Part shown: piece by piece, positions 44,565-54,122 of the stretch | How the letters are laid out: every line of letters begins with the position of its first letter | Numbering within the stretch: the stretch's first letter is position 1 | NCBI GenBank assembly: GCA_049840735.1 | Contig: JASGJN010000004.1 | Location: 96,001-160,000, forward strand | Direction of reading: 5' to 3' | Length of the DNA stretch: 64,000 bases | Source of the DNA: Anaeromyxobacter sp. | GTDB taxonomy: Bacteria; Myxococcota; Myxococcia; Myxococcales; Anaeromyxobacteraceae | The notes under the pieces: generated by a model | Told to the model about the DNA's origin: nothing | The model's input: only the letters and a program-made list of their open reading frames with translations | The model's database searches: none | Made by a program: the position numbers and the translations under genes

Positions 44565-45011
44565 ATGGTGATGGACATCAGCTTCCGGCCTGCGGTCGCG
44601 GCGGACGAGCCGGCAATCCGGGCGCTCCTGCAAGAGGCCGGGCTCCCGGTGGAGGACCTGTCGCTGAAGCGGCAGGACCTGCTGCTGGCGGTGCAGGGCG
44701 AGCAGGTGGTGGGCTGCGCCGCGCTGGAGCGGCACGGGGCGGACGCGCTCATCCGCTCCTACGCGGTGGCGCCGGCGCTGCGCCGCCACGGGCTGGGCAG
44801 CGCGCTGCACGAGCGCATCCTGGCCCACGCCGCCGCCTGCAAGGTGGACACGGCCTGGCTGCTCACCACCACCGCCGCGCCGTTCTTCGCGGCCCGCGGG
44901 TTCGAGCAGGTGGACCGCCGCGCCGCCCCGCGCTCGGTGGCCGCCTCCCCCGAGTTCAAGACGCTGTGCCCGGCCAGCGCCGTCTGCATGCGGCGGTCGC
45001 TGGCCCGCTGA
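44565..45011 (+). CDS. GNAT N-acetyltransferase, ArsN2-like
   Basis: RBS GGAGG; LLQEAGLPVEDL, RRHGLG, WLLTTTAAPFF and EFKTLCPASAVCM. Confidence 0.85.
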   Translation: MVMDISFRPAVAADEPAIRALLQEAGLPVEDLSLKRQDLLLAVQGEQVVGCAALERHGADALIRSYAVAPALRRHGLGSALHERILAHAAACKVDTAWLLTTTAAPFFAARGFEQVDRRAAPRSVAASPEFKTLCPASAVCMRRSLAR

Positions 45012-45042
45012 GCCCACCCTTCCCCCGCAGCGCGGAGGCCGC

Positions 45043-46221
45043 GTGATCCTGCCCACCCTGCCCTCGCGCCGCCGCCTCCTGCGCGGCGGCGCCGTGCTGG
45101 CCGTGCTGGCCGTCGCCTGGGTCCTGCGCGAGCGCGCCGTCCAGCTGCTGCCGCCCGACTACGACGAGGACGACTACCTGCGGGCGGGCCAGCAGTACGC
45201 GGTGGGGCTGCAGGCGCACGATCCGGGCGTCTTGGTGCGCGAGAACTACCGCCCCGAGCACCCGCAGCTCATGAAGCTGCTCTACGGCGCCGCGCTGACG
45301 CCGCTGCCGCCGGTGGCGGAGATCCCCGACCGCCCCACCACGGCCGAGCCGGACAAGGGCCTCCCGCCGGTGCACCTGCGCGCCGCGCGCCAGGTCTCGG
45401 CGGTGGCCGGCACGCTGGCGGTGGGGCTGGCCGCCTGCCTGAGCCTGGTGGGCGGCGTGCTCCTGGCGCTCCACACCTTCACCATCAAGTACAGCGCGCA
45501 GGTGCAGCTCGAGGCGGTGCCGCTCCTGGCCAGCGCGCTCTGCGTGGTGGCCTACGACCGGTCGCGCGTGGCCGCCACGGCACGCTGGAGCGGCTGGCTG
45601 CTCCTCTCCGGCGCGGCCCTGGGGCTGACGGCCGCCAGCAAGTACCCGTTCGCCATCGTGGGGCTGGTGGTGCTGGTGCACTGGGCCGGCGCGCGCTGGC
45701 TCGCGCGCGGCGCGCCCAGCCCCGGGCGCGCCTGGCCGCTGTTGCTGGGCTGGGGCGGGCTGGCCGTGGCAATCTTCCTGCTGGTGAACCCCTGGCTCTG
45801 GCCGGATCCGCTGGGCAGGCTGGGGAGCTCGTTCGCCTACCACTTCGGCTACGCCCACAGCCCGGCCGTGCAGAAGGCCGCGATGCCGCCCTGGCAGCCG
45901 GTGGCGTGGCTGGTCCGCTCGGCCGCCGGCTGGCACAAGGGGGTGTTCCTGCCCGGCGCCGACGGCGTGGACCTGGCGTTCACGCTGCTGGCCTTCGCCG
46001 GGCTGCCGCGGCTCGGGCGCGAGCGGCCGCTCTACCTGCTCTGGATCGGCCTGGCGCTGGCGTTCCTGTTCGTGTGGCCCACCAAGTGGCCGCAGTACGT
46101 GCTGCTGGTGGTCTTCCCCTGGTCGCTCGCCGCCGCCGCCGGGCTGCGCGAGGTGCTGGCCTGGGCGGGCGCCGGGGTGCGACGGCTGCGGGAGGCGCCG
46201 GTCGCGCCGGGCGGGACCTGA
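45043..46221 (+). CDS. Integral membrane GT-C (ArnT/PMT-like) glycosyltransferase
   Basis: DYDEDDY after the first TM, EHPQLMKL, GLTAASKY and many TM helices. Confidence 0.68.
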   Translation: MILPTLPSRRRLLRGGAVLAVLAVAWVLRERAVQLLPPDYDEDDYLRAGQQYAVGLQAHDPGVLVRENYRPEHPQLMKLLYGAALTPLPPVAEIPDRPTTAEPDKGLPPVHLRAARQVSAVAGTLAVGLAACLSLVGGVLLALHTFTIKYSAQVQLEAVPLLASALCVVAYDRSRVAATARWSGWLLLSGAALGLTAASKYPFAIVGLVVLVHWAGARWLARGAPSPGRAWPLLLGWGGLAVAIFLLVNPWLWPDPLGRLGSSFAYHFGYAHSPAVQKAAMPPWQPVAWLVRSAAGWHKGVFLPGADGVDLAFTLLAFAGLPRLGRERPLYLLWIGLALAFLFVWPTKWPQYVLLVVFPWSLAAAAGLREVLAWAGAGVRRLREAPVAPGGT

Positions 46222-46379
46222 GCCCAGGGGTACGGCGGGACCCCGGGCGCGCACGTACTCAGCGCCCGGGTAGACGGATCGACCCGGCGCCTGGGCTTTC
46301 CCGCGGTGTGGCCAGGTATCGGGGATGCAGCACAGGTCTCGGCGCCCAGGTGGGCGTACGTCCTTCACGAGGTGCCTCC

Positions 46380-48957
46380 ATGCTCCAGCGCGTCTCCCTC
46401 TCCACCGCCGTCCGCGCCCTGGCCCTCATGGCCATCGGCGGGCTGGTGGCGGTCGTGCTGCTCACCTGGCTGCCCATGCGGTCGGTGCAGGTGAACGGCG
46501 CGCTCTACCGGGAGATCGCCGCCGCCCAGCAGCTGGAGGCGGACGTGCTCCCGCCCCCGCTCTTCCCGCTGGAGACCTACGCGGTGGCCCTCGACCTGGT
46601 GGCCGCCACCGACGTGAACCGCGAGCGGGAGCTGGTGGCCCGCCTGGAGCAGGCGCGCGCGCCGTACGAGGCGGCGGCGAAGCTGGAGCTGGAGGCCGGG
46701 CACGACGCGGAGACCCTGCGCGTGCTGGAGCAGGCGGTGGCGGACGGGCGGAAGTTCTACACCGCCATCGACGCGCTGCTGGCGGCGGTGAAGCACTCCG
46801 ACGCGGGGTTGCGGGCCGCCGCCGACGAGCAGCTGCGGGCCGCGTTCGCCGAGCTCACCAGGACGGTGACGCCGCTGGTGGAGCGGACGCACGCCCGCGC
46901 GGCCGAGCTTGAGGCCGAGGCCGACCGGCGCGTGCGCAACGTGATGATGGGCGTGGTCGCCACGCTGCTGGCGGTGCTGACGCTGGTGGTGGCGGCCGCG
47001 CTCGTGACCTCGCGGGCCGTGCGCCTCTCGATCCGCGCCCTGCAGGAGGAGACCGCGCGCCTGCAGGCGGCGGTGACGGCCGGGGCGCTCACCGAGCGGG
47101 CCGAACCGGCGCTGGTGCACCCGGACTTCCGCGGCGTGGTGGAGGTGCTGAACGGCACCATGGACGCCTACGGCGCGCCGCTGGCCGACCTCGGGCGGAC
47201 GCTCACCAGCATCGCCGCCGGCGAGGTGCCCGAGGCCATCACCGCCGCCTACCGCGGCGACTTCGAGCGGCTCGAGGAGGACCTGAACGCCGTGGCCGCC
47301 ATGATGGCCCGGCGCGCCGCCGAGCTGGACGGGCTGGTGGCGGCGGCCGCCGCCGGCCGGCTCAGCCACCGCGGCGACGCCAGCGGGCTCGCCGGCGGGG
47401 ACCAGCGGCTGATCGCGGGCATGAACCAGCTCATGGACTCCGTGACCGGCCCGCTGCAGACCACCGCCCAGGCGGTCGCGGCCATCGCCCGCGGCGAGAT
47501 CCCGCCGCCCGTCGCCGAGACCTGGCAGGGCGAGTTCGAGGGGCTGCGCCTGAACCTCAACACCTGCCTCGGCTCGGTGCGGGCGCTGGTGGAGGACACC
47601 GCGCTGCTCACCCGCGCCGCGCAGGCCGGCCAGCTCACCACCCGGGTCTTGAGTACCGGGCCGTCACCAGGGCGACTTCCGGACCATCGTCTCCGGCGTC
47701 AACGGCACGCTGGACGCGGTGGTGCGCCCGGTCACCTCGGCCGCCAGCTGCGTGGCGGCCATCGCCCGCGGCGAGCTCCCGGCGCCCATCACCGAGCCCT
47801 GGCCGGGCGACCTGGCCACCCTGCGCGAGAACCTCAACACCTGCCTGGCCGCGGTCAACGCGCTGGTGCGCGACGCGGAGGCGCTGGCCGCCTCGGCGGT
47901 GGCCGGCGACCTCTCCCGCCGCGCCGACGCCAGCCGCCACCAGGGCGACTTCCGCCGCGTGGTGGAGGGCGTGAACGCCACGCTGGACGCGGTCATCGCG
48001 CCGGTGAAGGAGGCGTCGGGGGTGCTGGAGCGGCTGGCCCACCGGGACCTGCGGGCGCGCATGCCCGGGTCGTTCCAGGGCGACCACGCGCGCCTCCAGG
48101 AGGCGGTGGACACCACCGCCGAGGCGCTCCATGACGCGCTGCTGGCCGTGCAGGGCGCGGTGGAGCAGGTGTCGGGCGCCGCGGCCCAGATCGCCTCGTC
48201 CTCGCAGGCGGTGGCCTCGGGCGCCTCGGAGCAGGCCGCCTCGCTGCAGGAGACCGGCGGCGCCGTGGAGGCGGTCACCGAGACCAGCACGCGCTCGGCC
48301 GAGCACGCGCAGCAGGCCAGCCTGCTGGCCGGCACCGCGCGCGGCGCCGCCAGCGAGGGGACCGCCGCGGTGGAGCGGCTGCAGGGGGCCATGCAGCGGA
48401 TCCGCGCCGCCGCCGAGGGGACCAGCGCCATCATCCGGGACGTCTCGGACATCGCCTTCCAGACCAACCTGCTGGCGCTCAACGCCGCGGTGGAGGCGGC
48501 CCGCGCCGGCGAGGCCGGCCGAGGCTTCGCGGTGGTGGCCGAGGAGGTCCGCTCCCTGGCCCTGCGCGCCAAGGAGGCGGCCTCGCGCACCGAGGCGCTG
48601 ATCCGGCAGTCGATGCAGGAGGCGGGCGAGGGCGAGCAGGCCGCCGCGCAGGTCTCCGGGCGCCTGACCGACATCGCCGGGGCGGTCTCGAAGGTGCACG
48701 CCATCGTGACGGAGATTGCCGCGGCGGGGAAGGAGCAGGCGGCCGGCATCGCCCAGGTGAACCGGGCGGTGGGCGAGATGGACAAGGTCACCCAGCAGAA
48801 CGCCGCCAGCGCCGAGGAGTCGTCCTCGGCGGCCAGCGAGCTGTCGAGCCAGGCCGAGCAGCTGGCGGCGCTGGTGGGCGGCTTCCAGCTGGAGCGGCGG
48901 GCCGGAGAGGCGGTCCGGCGGACGCGGCGCGCGCTGGGGCCCGCGCCGCGGGAGTGA
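46380..48957 (+). CDS. Multi-HAMP methyl-accepting chemotaxis protein; frameshift near 47650
   Basis: MLQRVSLST..., two TM helices, HAMP repeats; resumes in the 47719..48957 frame with [34 protein letters not shown]. Confidence 0.9.
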
Positions 48958-49011
48958 GGGAGGGAAGGCGCCGCGAACGCGGCTCGTCCCACTGCTTCGG
49001 GAGCGGACCAC

Positions 49012-50244
49012 TCACGCTCCACCGCGCCGGCCGTCACACCCCAAGGGCGCATTCGCTGGAGGAAGTGAAAGGGAAGGGACGAAGGCAGCCATCTTCTCGC
49101 GCCCGAACGCCTGCACCGCAGCCCAGAGGTTGTGCCCCCGGCAGCGGAGCCGGAGGTTGGGGAGGGTCGGCGGCCCGCCCATCGCCTCCGGGTCGATGTG
49201 GTCCAACTCCAGCTGCCAGCGGCTGCAGCAGCGGTGGCCGTCGGGGGAGACGTAGGTGCAGCAGCCGCCATCCCGCGTCCAGACCGCGCGCCGGACGTCA
49301 GCGGTGACGGTGCGAGGGTCGAAGCGGCACGGGGTGGCGAAGAGCGGAAGCGGGTCGCTGGAGGGAGCCGGATCCGGAACCGGCGCGGAGACCGCCGCCG
49401 GCGCCGGGACCTCGGGCACGGGGGCCGCGGGCGCAGCCGCCCTGGTCAGCTCCACCGCACCCTTTCGCTTCGCGTGCTTCTCGACCGCGCAGCGGAGCGC
49501 CTCCTTGAGGACGTCGGCCAGGTTGCCGTCGGGGACCTTGTGGGAGAGGAGCACCCGGAGCGTCTCGAGGTCGGCATGCGCAGCTTCGTCGAGCGTGACC
49601 CGCATCGACCACTGCTCGGCGTTCACCGGGTGAAGCTCGGGACGGCTGGGAACGGGGATGGGGCTGGGTGCCGAGAGCGCGAAGGCGGGCGCGGAGGAAG
49701 CGGCCGGTTCCTGGAGCTGGAACGGGACCGCCTCGGCCGGCGCGAGCGCCAGTGCAGTCGCACCCTTCGGATCCACCGGACGGGACTGGAAGGTTGCGAG
49801 GGTGGAGGAGGGAAGGCGACGCAGGCCGTCCTTCGGCGCCTCCCGCGGCTTGATGGTCACGACCAACCGCTCCACCTCCGCCTTGGACTTGAAGGCCGCG
49901 CCCCCGACCAGCGCCTCCAGGTTCTCCTCCGTCGGCACCTCACGCAGCATGCCGAGCGTGGTGAGCGAAAGCCGCCCCTCGCGAAGCGGCGCCTCGAGGG
50001 AGGGAAACCGGGACACCAACCGCATGGCCGTGATCCGCCGGTAGGCGCCGCCTTCCGGAAGGTGCAGCACCTCCCGGCAGAACGCCCAGAGCGATGGGTA
50101 GCCCAGGTCCAGGTAGAACTTCCGCCGCTCCACCTCCGCCAGCGCCAGCAGGGACTCGACCTTGATGCCCCGCTCGTCCGCAGCGAGCGACCGCAGGTGA
50201 GCGACGAGAGAGCTGTTGTCGAGCGCATCGAGTCGAGCGTCCAT
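49012..50244 (-). CDS. HNH endonuclease-domain protein with long N-terminal helical domain
   Basis: RBS GGAGGTG then ATG at 50244; C-terminal RRAVWTRDGGCCTY...C...LELDHIDP...GG...NLRLRCRGHN. Confidence 0.88.
   Translation of the reverse strand: MDARLDALDNSSLVAHLRSLAADERGIKVESLLALAEVERRKFYLDLGYPSLWAFCREVLHLPEGGAYRRITAMRLVSRFPSLEAPLREGRLSLTTLGMLREVPTEENLEALVGGAAFKSKAEVERLVVTIKPREAPKDGLRRLPSSTLATFQSRPVDPKGATALALAPAEAVPFQLQEPAASSAPAFALSAPSPIPVPSRPELHPVNAEQWSMRVTLDEAAHADLETLRVLLSHKVPDGNLADVLKEALRCAVEKHAKRKGAVELTRAAAPAAPVPEVPAPAAVSAPVPDPAPSSDPLPLFATPCRFDPRTVTADVRRAVWTRDGGCCTYVSPDGHRCCSRWQLELDHIDPEAMGGPPTLPNLRLRCRGHNLWAAVQAFGREKMAAFVPSLSLPPANAPLGCDGRRGGA
49038..49068 (+). repeat. Direct repeat copy 1 (31 bp), overlapping the HNH 3' end
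   Basis: ACCCCAAGGGCGCATTCGCTGGAGGAAGTGA, 30/31 identical to copies 2 and 3. Confidence 0.95.
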
Positions 50245-50598
50245 GGCGTGCACCTCCAGCAGAATGCAGCCATCCTAACCGCGGTCTTCGAGGCGCTCGC
50301 CGAGGCCCCTGGCGCCTTCGCAGGCGCGAGATCTCGAGCGCCCATCTCCGCTCCCTCACGCTTCTCCTCGCGCGGCGCAGCAGCAGCGGCGAGCGCTGCG
50401 CGAGAGCCATTTCCGGCAGCCCGCCACCGCGGAGCCCGCCACGCGCCCATTTCACGTCAAGCGAAGTTTCGGGACGCCCCACTTGTCGCTTCCGCCAGCG
50501 CAAGTGCGTCGGCAGGCACCGCGGTTCGGCAGGCTCACCGCGAACGGGACGGGGCAGCCGGCATCCACCATCAGCAATGACCTGACCCCCGCCTCGGC

Positions 50599-50672
50599 TG
50601 ACCCCAAGGGCGCATTCGCTGGAGCAAGTGACTCTCAGTTGACCCCAAGGGCGCATTCGCTGGAGCAAGTGA
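50599..50672 (+). repeat. Direct repeat copies 2 and 3 (33 bp identical, 41-bp period)
   Basis: TGACCCCAAGGGCGCATTCGCTGGAGCAAGTGA at 50599-50631 and 50640-50672, separated by CTCTCAGT. Confidence 0.95.
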
Positions 50673-50812
50673 GCGTGAACAAGGAGGAGCCGCGCCGCCC
50701 CGCCCGCTCCGCCGCCCTCCGCCGCCCCACCCTCGTCCCCAGCCCGCACCCATCCAACAGCACGGCACCCCTCACGGCGCAGGGGCAGGGGCTCCCCGGC
50801 GCCCTGTTCCGG

Positions 50813-50848
50813 CGGCAGGACCGCCGGCAGGATCACCGGCAGGACCCC
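50813..50848 (+). repeat. 12-bp-period tandem repeat (CGGCAGGA core, three copies)
   Basis: CGGCAGGA at 50813, 50825 and 50837. Confidence 0.7.
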
Positions 50849-50857
50849 CGCCAAGCC

Positions 50858-52543
50858 TCACTCGTGCCCCTCCCGCCCGAAGTCCTCCTGCCAGAACTCC
50901 CCTTCCGCCCGCGCCGTGCTGCGCCGCCCGGCCTCCTGCCGCCTCAGGTCCCCCCGCCGGACCTTCCCGGAGATGGTCCGCGGCAGCTCGCCGAACTGGA
51001 TGCGCCTGACCCGCTGGTACGCCGGCAGGTGCGTGCGTGCGAAGCGCAGGATGTCCTGCGCCACCGCCGCGTTGGGCTGCTGGTCCGGCTCGAGCCGCAC
51101 GAACGCCTTGGGGACCAGCCCGCGCATGGGGTCTGGGCTCGGCACCACCGCCACCTCCGCGACGGAGGGGTGCTCCTGCAGCACCTTCTCCAGCTCGAAG
51201 GGGCTGATGCGGAAGTCCGAGCTCTTGAACACCTCGTCCGCGCGGCCGCCGTAGAACAGGTAGCCGCCTTCGCCCCGCCGCGCGCTGTCGCCGGTGCGGT
51301 ACCAGCCCTCGCGCAGCGCGGCGCTGGTCAGGGCCAGCTCGCCCACGTAGGCGGACATGAGGCCGGTGGGGTACGGGTCGAGCGAGAGCGCCAGCTCGCC
51401 CTCGTCCACCTGCGCGCCGTCGCCGTCCAGCAGCGCCACGTCGAAGCCGGGCAGCGGCCGGCCCATGGAGCCGGGGACGGTGGGCTGGCCGGGGCTGTTG
51501 CCCACCGTGGCGGTGGTCTCGGTCTGCCCGTAGCCCTCGCGGATGGTGAGCCCCCAGGCGTGCTTGATGCGGGCCGCCACCTCCGGATCGAGCGGCTCGC
51601 CGGCGGTGAGCCCCTCGCGCAGCGCGACCCTGCGCGTCGCGGGATCGCGCAAGAGCAGCATGCGCCAGGCGGTGGCCGGCGCGCACAGCGAGGTGACCGG
51701 GATCCGCTCCAGCAGGTCCAGCATGCGGCCCGGGTGGAAGCGCGCGTGCGGGTCCAGCACCACGGTCGCGCCGGCCGTGAGCGGGGCGAAGAAGCTCGAC
51801 CAGGCGTGCTTGCCCCAGCCCGGGGTGGAGACGTTGAGGTGGACGTCGCCCTCGCGCAGCCCCATCCAGTAGAGCGTGGAGAGGTGGCCCACCGGGTAGC
51901 TGCCCTGCGAGTGGGAGACCAGCTTCGGCTGGGCGGTGGAGCCGGAGGTGAAGTAGAGCAGCGCCGGGTCGTCCTGCGAGGTGGGCGCGTCCGGCACGAA
52001 CGGCGCCGCCGCGCGCGCCTCGTCGAGCGGCCGCCAGCCGGCGGCGCTGCCGCCCTCCACCACCCGCAGCCCCGAGACCGGCTCCGGCCCCAGCTGCTCG
52101 GCCACCGCGGCGTCCGCCACCAGGTGGCGGATGTGACCGCGCGAGATCCGCTCCTGCAGCTGCTCGGTGGTGAGCGCGGTGGAGGCCGGCACCATCACCG
52201 CGCCGATCTTCAGGCTGGCCAGCAGCAGCTCCTGGATGGCGATGCCGTTCTGGAGCGCGGCCAGGATCCGCTCGCCGCGCGCCACCCCGCTGGCGCGCAG
52301 GTACCCGGCCAGCCGCGCGCTGCGGTCCTTGAGCTCGGCGTAGCTCACCCGCACGTCGCCGTGCGGATTGGCGATCAGCACCGCGGTGCGGCGGTTGCCC
52401 TCGGCCAGCCGGTCGAAGAAGTCGAGCGCCCAGTTGAACCGCGACAGCTCCGGCCAGCGGAAGCCGGCGCGGGCGGCGTCGTAGTCCTCGCGGTGGCGCA
52501 GCAGGAAGTCACGGGCCGCGAGGTAACGATCCAGGTCGTGCAT
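50858..52543 (-). CDS. AMP-dependent acyl-CoA synthetase (short/medium chain)
   Basis: YFTSGSTAQPK, EGYGQTET, YRTGD and GRADEVFKSSDFRISPFELE, RTISGK. Confidence 0.93.
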   Translation of the reverse strand: MHDLDRYLAARDFLLRHREDYDAARAGFRWPELSRFNWALDFFDRLAEGNRRTAVLIANPHGDVRVSYAELKDRSARLAGYLRASGVARGERILAALQNGIAIQELLLASLKIGAVMVPASTALTTEQLQERISRGHIRHLVADAAVAEQLGPEPVSGLRVVEGGSAAGWRPLDEARAAAPFVPDAPTSQDDPALLYFTSGSTAQPKLVSHSQGSYPVGHLSTLYWMGLREGDVHLNVSTPGWGKHAWSSFFAPLTAGATVVLDPHARFHPGRMLDLLERIPVTSLCAPATAWRMLLLRDPATRRVALREGLTAGEPLDPEVAARIKHAWGLTIREGYGQTETTATVGNSPGQPTVPGSMGRPLPGFDVALLDGDGAQVDEGELALSLDPYPTGLMSAYVGELALTSAALREGWYRTGDSARRGEGGYLFYGGRADEVFKSSDFRISPFELEKVLQEHPSVAEVAVVPSPDPMRGLVPKAFVRLEPDQQPNAAVAQDILRFARTHLPAYQRVRRIQFGELPRTISGKVRRGDLRRQEAGRRSTARAEGEFWQEDFGREGHE

Positions 52544-52726
52544 CGATTCGCGAATCTACCACCCGCGCCGGTCACTGGGGCGTCATCGCAAACGATCACC
52601 ACGGCGTTGCGCGGGCGAGCCCGGCGCCTGCGGCAGGCGGCCGCTGGACGCCTGCGCGGCCGTGTGGTCCGCTCCCCGCGCCCACCGCGCGCTGCACGGG
52701 ACGCGGGCGGGACGAGAGGAACCCAC

Positions 52727-53821
52727 ATGCAGAAGCTCATGCTCGCTGCGCTGGCGGTGGCGCTCGGCTGCGTCACGCCTCGCACGGCCCAGGAGCCGGC
52801 GCCCGACGTGGGCTGGCTCCAGGCCTGCGTGGACGCGGGGGACGACGCGGCCTGCATGGCCCTGGCCCGCGCCGACCTGGCGCGCCGGCAGCATCGCCGC
52901 GCCGCGGCCGCGCTGGAGGTGGCCTGCCTGGCGGAGCCGCCGGTCCGCGAGGCCTGCGCGGCGCTGGCGCCGCTCTACAAGAAGGGCAAGGGCGTCCCCC
53001 GCGACGCGGCCCGGGCGACGCTGCTCTCGGCGCGCGCCGGCGATGCCCCGGCGCTGGAGCCGCTCACCACCTCCGGCCGCGCGGTGACCCAATCCCAGGA
53101 CCAGGCCCGGGCCTGGCGCGCGGCGTTCCTCGACATCTGGGTGAGCGACAAGGAGCGGTCCGAGCTGGCCGTCGATGCGGACCAGTACGTGGCCCAGGCG
53201 CCAGCCGGGCTGCAGGGGGACGTCGCGGCGCTGACCCTGGCTGCGAAGACCCGGGCGTTGCGCTGCGACGAGCCCGGGGGCGAGAAGAAGCTCCCGCTGC
53301 TCATCGCCTTCAGCGTCGGCGACGATGGAAGGCCGCGCTCCGTCCGCGCCATCTCCGATGCGGATGCCCCGCTGCCCGCAACCACCGGCGCCTGCCTCCA
53401 GGGCGCCGTGGCAGGGTGGGAGCTCGCCGGGCTGGTGCCCGGTGGACCGCAGCAGCTGCTTCGCGTGGTCGTGAGCGTGCGCGCCCCTTGGCCCGTCGCC
53501 GCCGCGCCCGAGGTGCAGGCGCCGCCCCCGGCCAGGGAGCCGACGCGGTACACGAAGCCGAGGCCGGAGGCCCCCCCATGCGTCGGGCTCTCGGTCAGTA
53601 TCCCTCGGCACCTCCTGTATTCGAGCCGCACGGTGCAGGTGAGGTTCGCGGTCCGCAGGGATGGCTCGGTGGGCCAGTTCGTGCCCCACTCGCCGATGGA
53701 GCTGCCGCTGGCGTCAGCCATCAAGCGGGCCGTCGAGTTCTGCCGCTGGATTCCCGGGACCGACCCGATCGGCAGGCCGGCGACGATGTGGGTGATCCTA
53801 CCGCTGCGCCTGTCGCCCTGA
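52727..53821 (+). CDS. Lipoprotein with Sel1-like repeat and TonB-C-like domains
   Basis: MQKLMLAALAVALG-C; ACAALAPLYKKGKGVPRDAARA; C-terminal VQVRFAVRRDGSV...WIPGTD..GRP...VILPLRL. Confidence 0.65.
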   Translation: MQKLMLAALAVALGCVTPRTAQEPAPDVGWLQACVDAGDDAACMALARADLARRQHRRAAAALEVACLAEPPVREACAALAPLYKKGKGVPRDAARATLLSARAGDAPALEPLTTSGRAVTQSQDQARAWRAAFLDIWVSDKERSELAVDADQYVAQAPAGLQGDVAALTLAAKTRALRCDEPGGEKKLPLLIAFSVGDDGRPRSVRAISDADAPLPATTGACLQGAVAGWELAGLVPGGPQQLLRVVVSVRAPWPVAAAPEVQAPPPAREPTRYTKPRPEAPPCVGLSVSIPRHLLYSSRTVQVRFAVRRDGSVGQFVPHSPMELPLASAIKRAVEFCRWIPGTDPIGRPATMWVILPLRLSP

Positions 53822-54122
53822 GCCGCACGTCGCCCCTGCCGCTCGCAGCACCCGGCTCACGTGCTGGCGTGAGCGCCGGCGCCCCGCTGCGCGGGGAGCC
53901 GGACGCCCAGGAGAGGACGTCACGGCAACCGCGTGATCGCGCAGGCCAGCGCGGCCAGCCCAGGATGGTCCGGAAGAGCCTCGGGTTCACGTGCGGACCT
54001 CCGGGTGGATGGGCCCGCGAGTCTTGCCCGGCCGCGCCGGCCGACACCGTGCCGTGTCGGTGGCGGACCGGCGAACAGCACGCCACCGCGCCTCAGGACC
54101 GGCACCCCGGCACGTCACCCGC

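Larger units (their letters stand above)
49038..50672 (-). mobile_element. Candidate HNH-carrying element bounded by direct repeats
   Basis: The HNH gene and its upstream non-coding region are enclosed by same-orientation 31-bp repeats, between unrelated MCP and acyl-CoA synthetase genes. Confidence 0.45.

Noticed and set aside
44565..45011. Arsenic resistance operon
   Set aside because: Only an ArsN2-like GNAT is present; no arsR, arsC or acr3 is adjacent.
46222..46300. Nested stems (GCCCAGG...CCTGGGC, CCCGGGCGC...GCGCCCGGG) upstream of the second MCP as a c-di-GMP riboswitch
   Set aside because: The GEMM consensus elements are absent. It is more simply a terminator-like or chance GC structure.
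50599..50672. 33-bp repeats as a mini CRISPR array
   Set aside because: The gap is only 8 nt, there are only two adjacent copies, and no cas genes are present. Kept as element-associated direct repeats.
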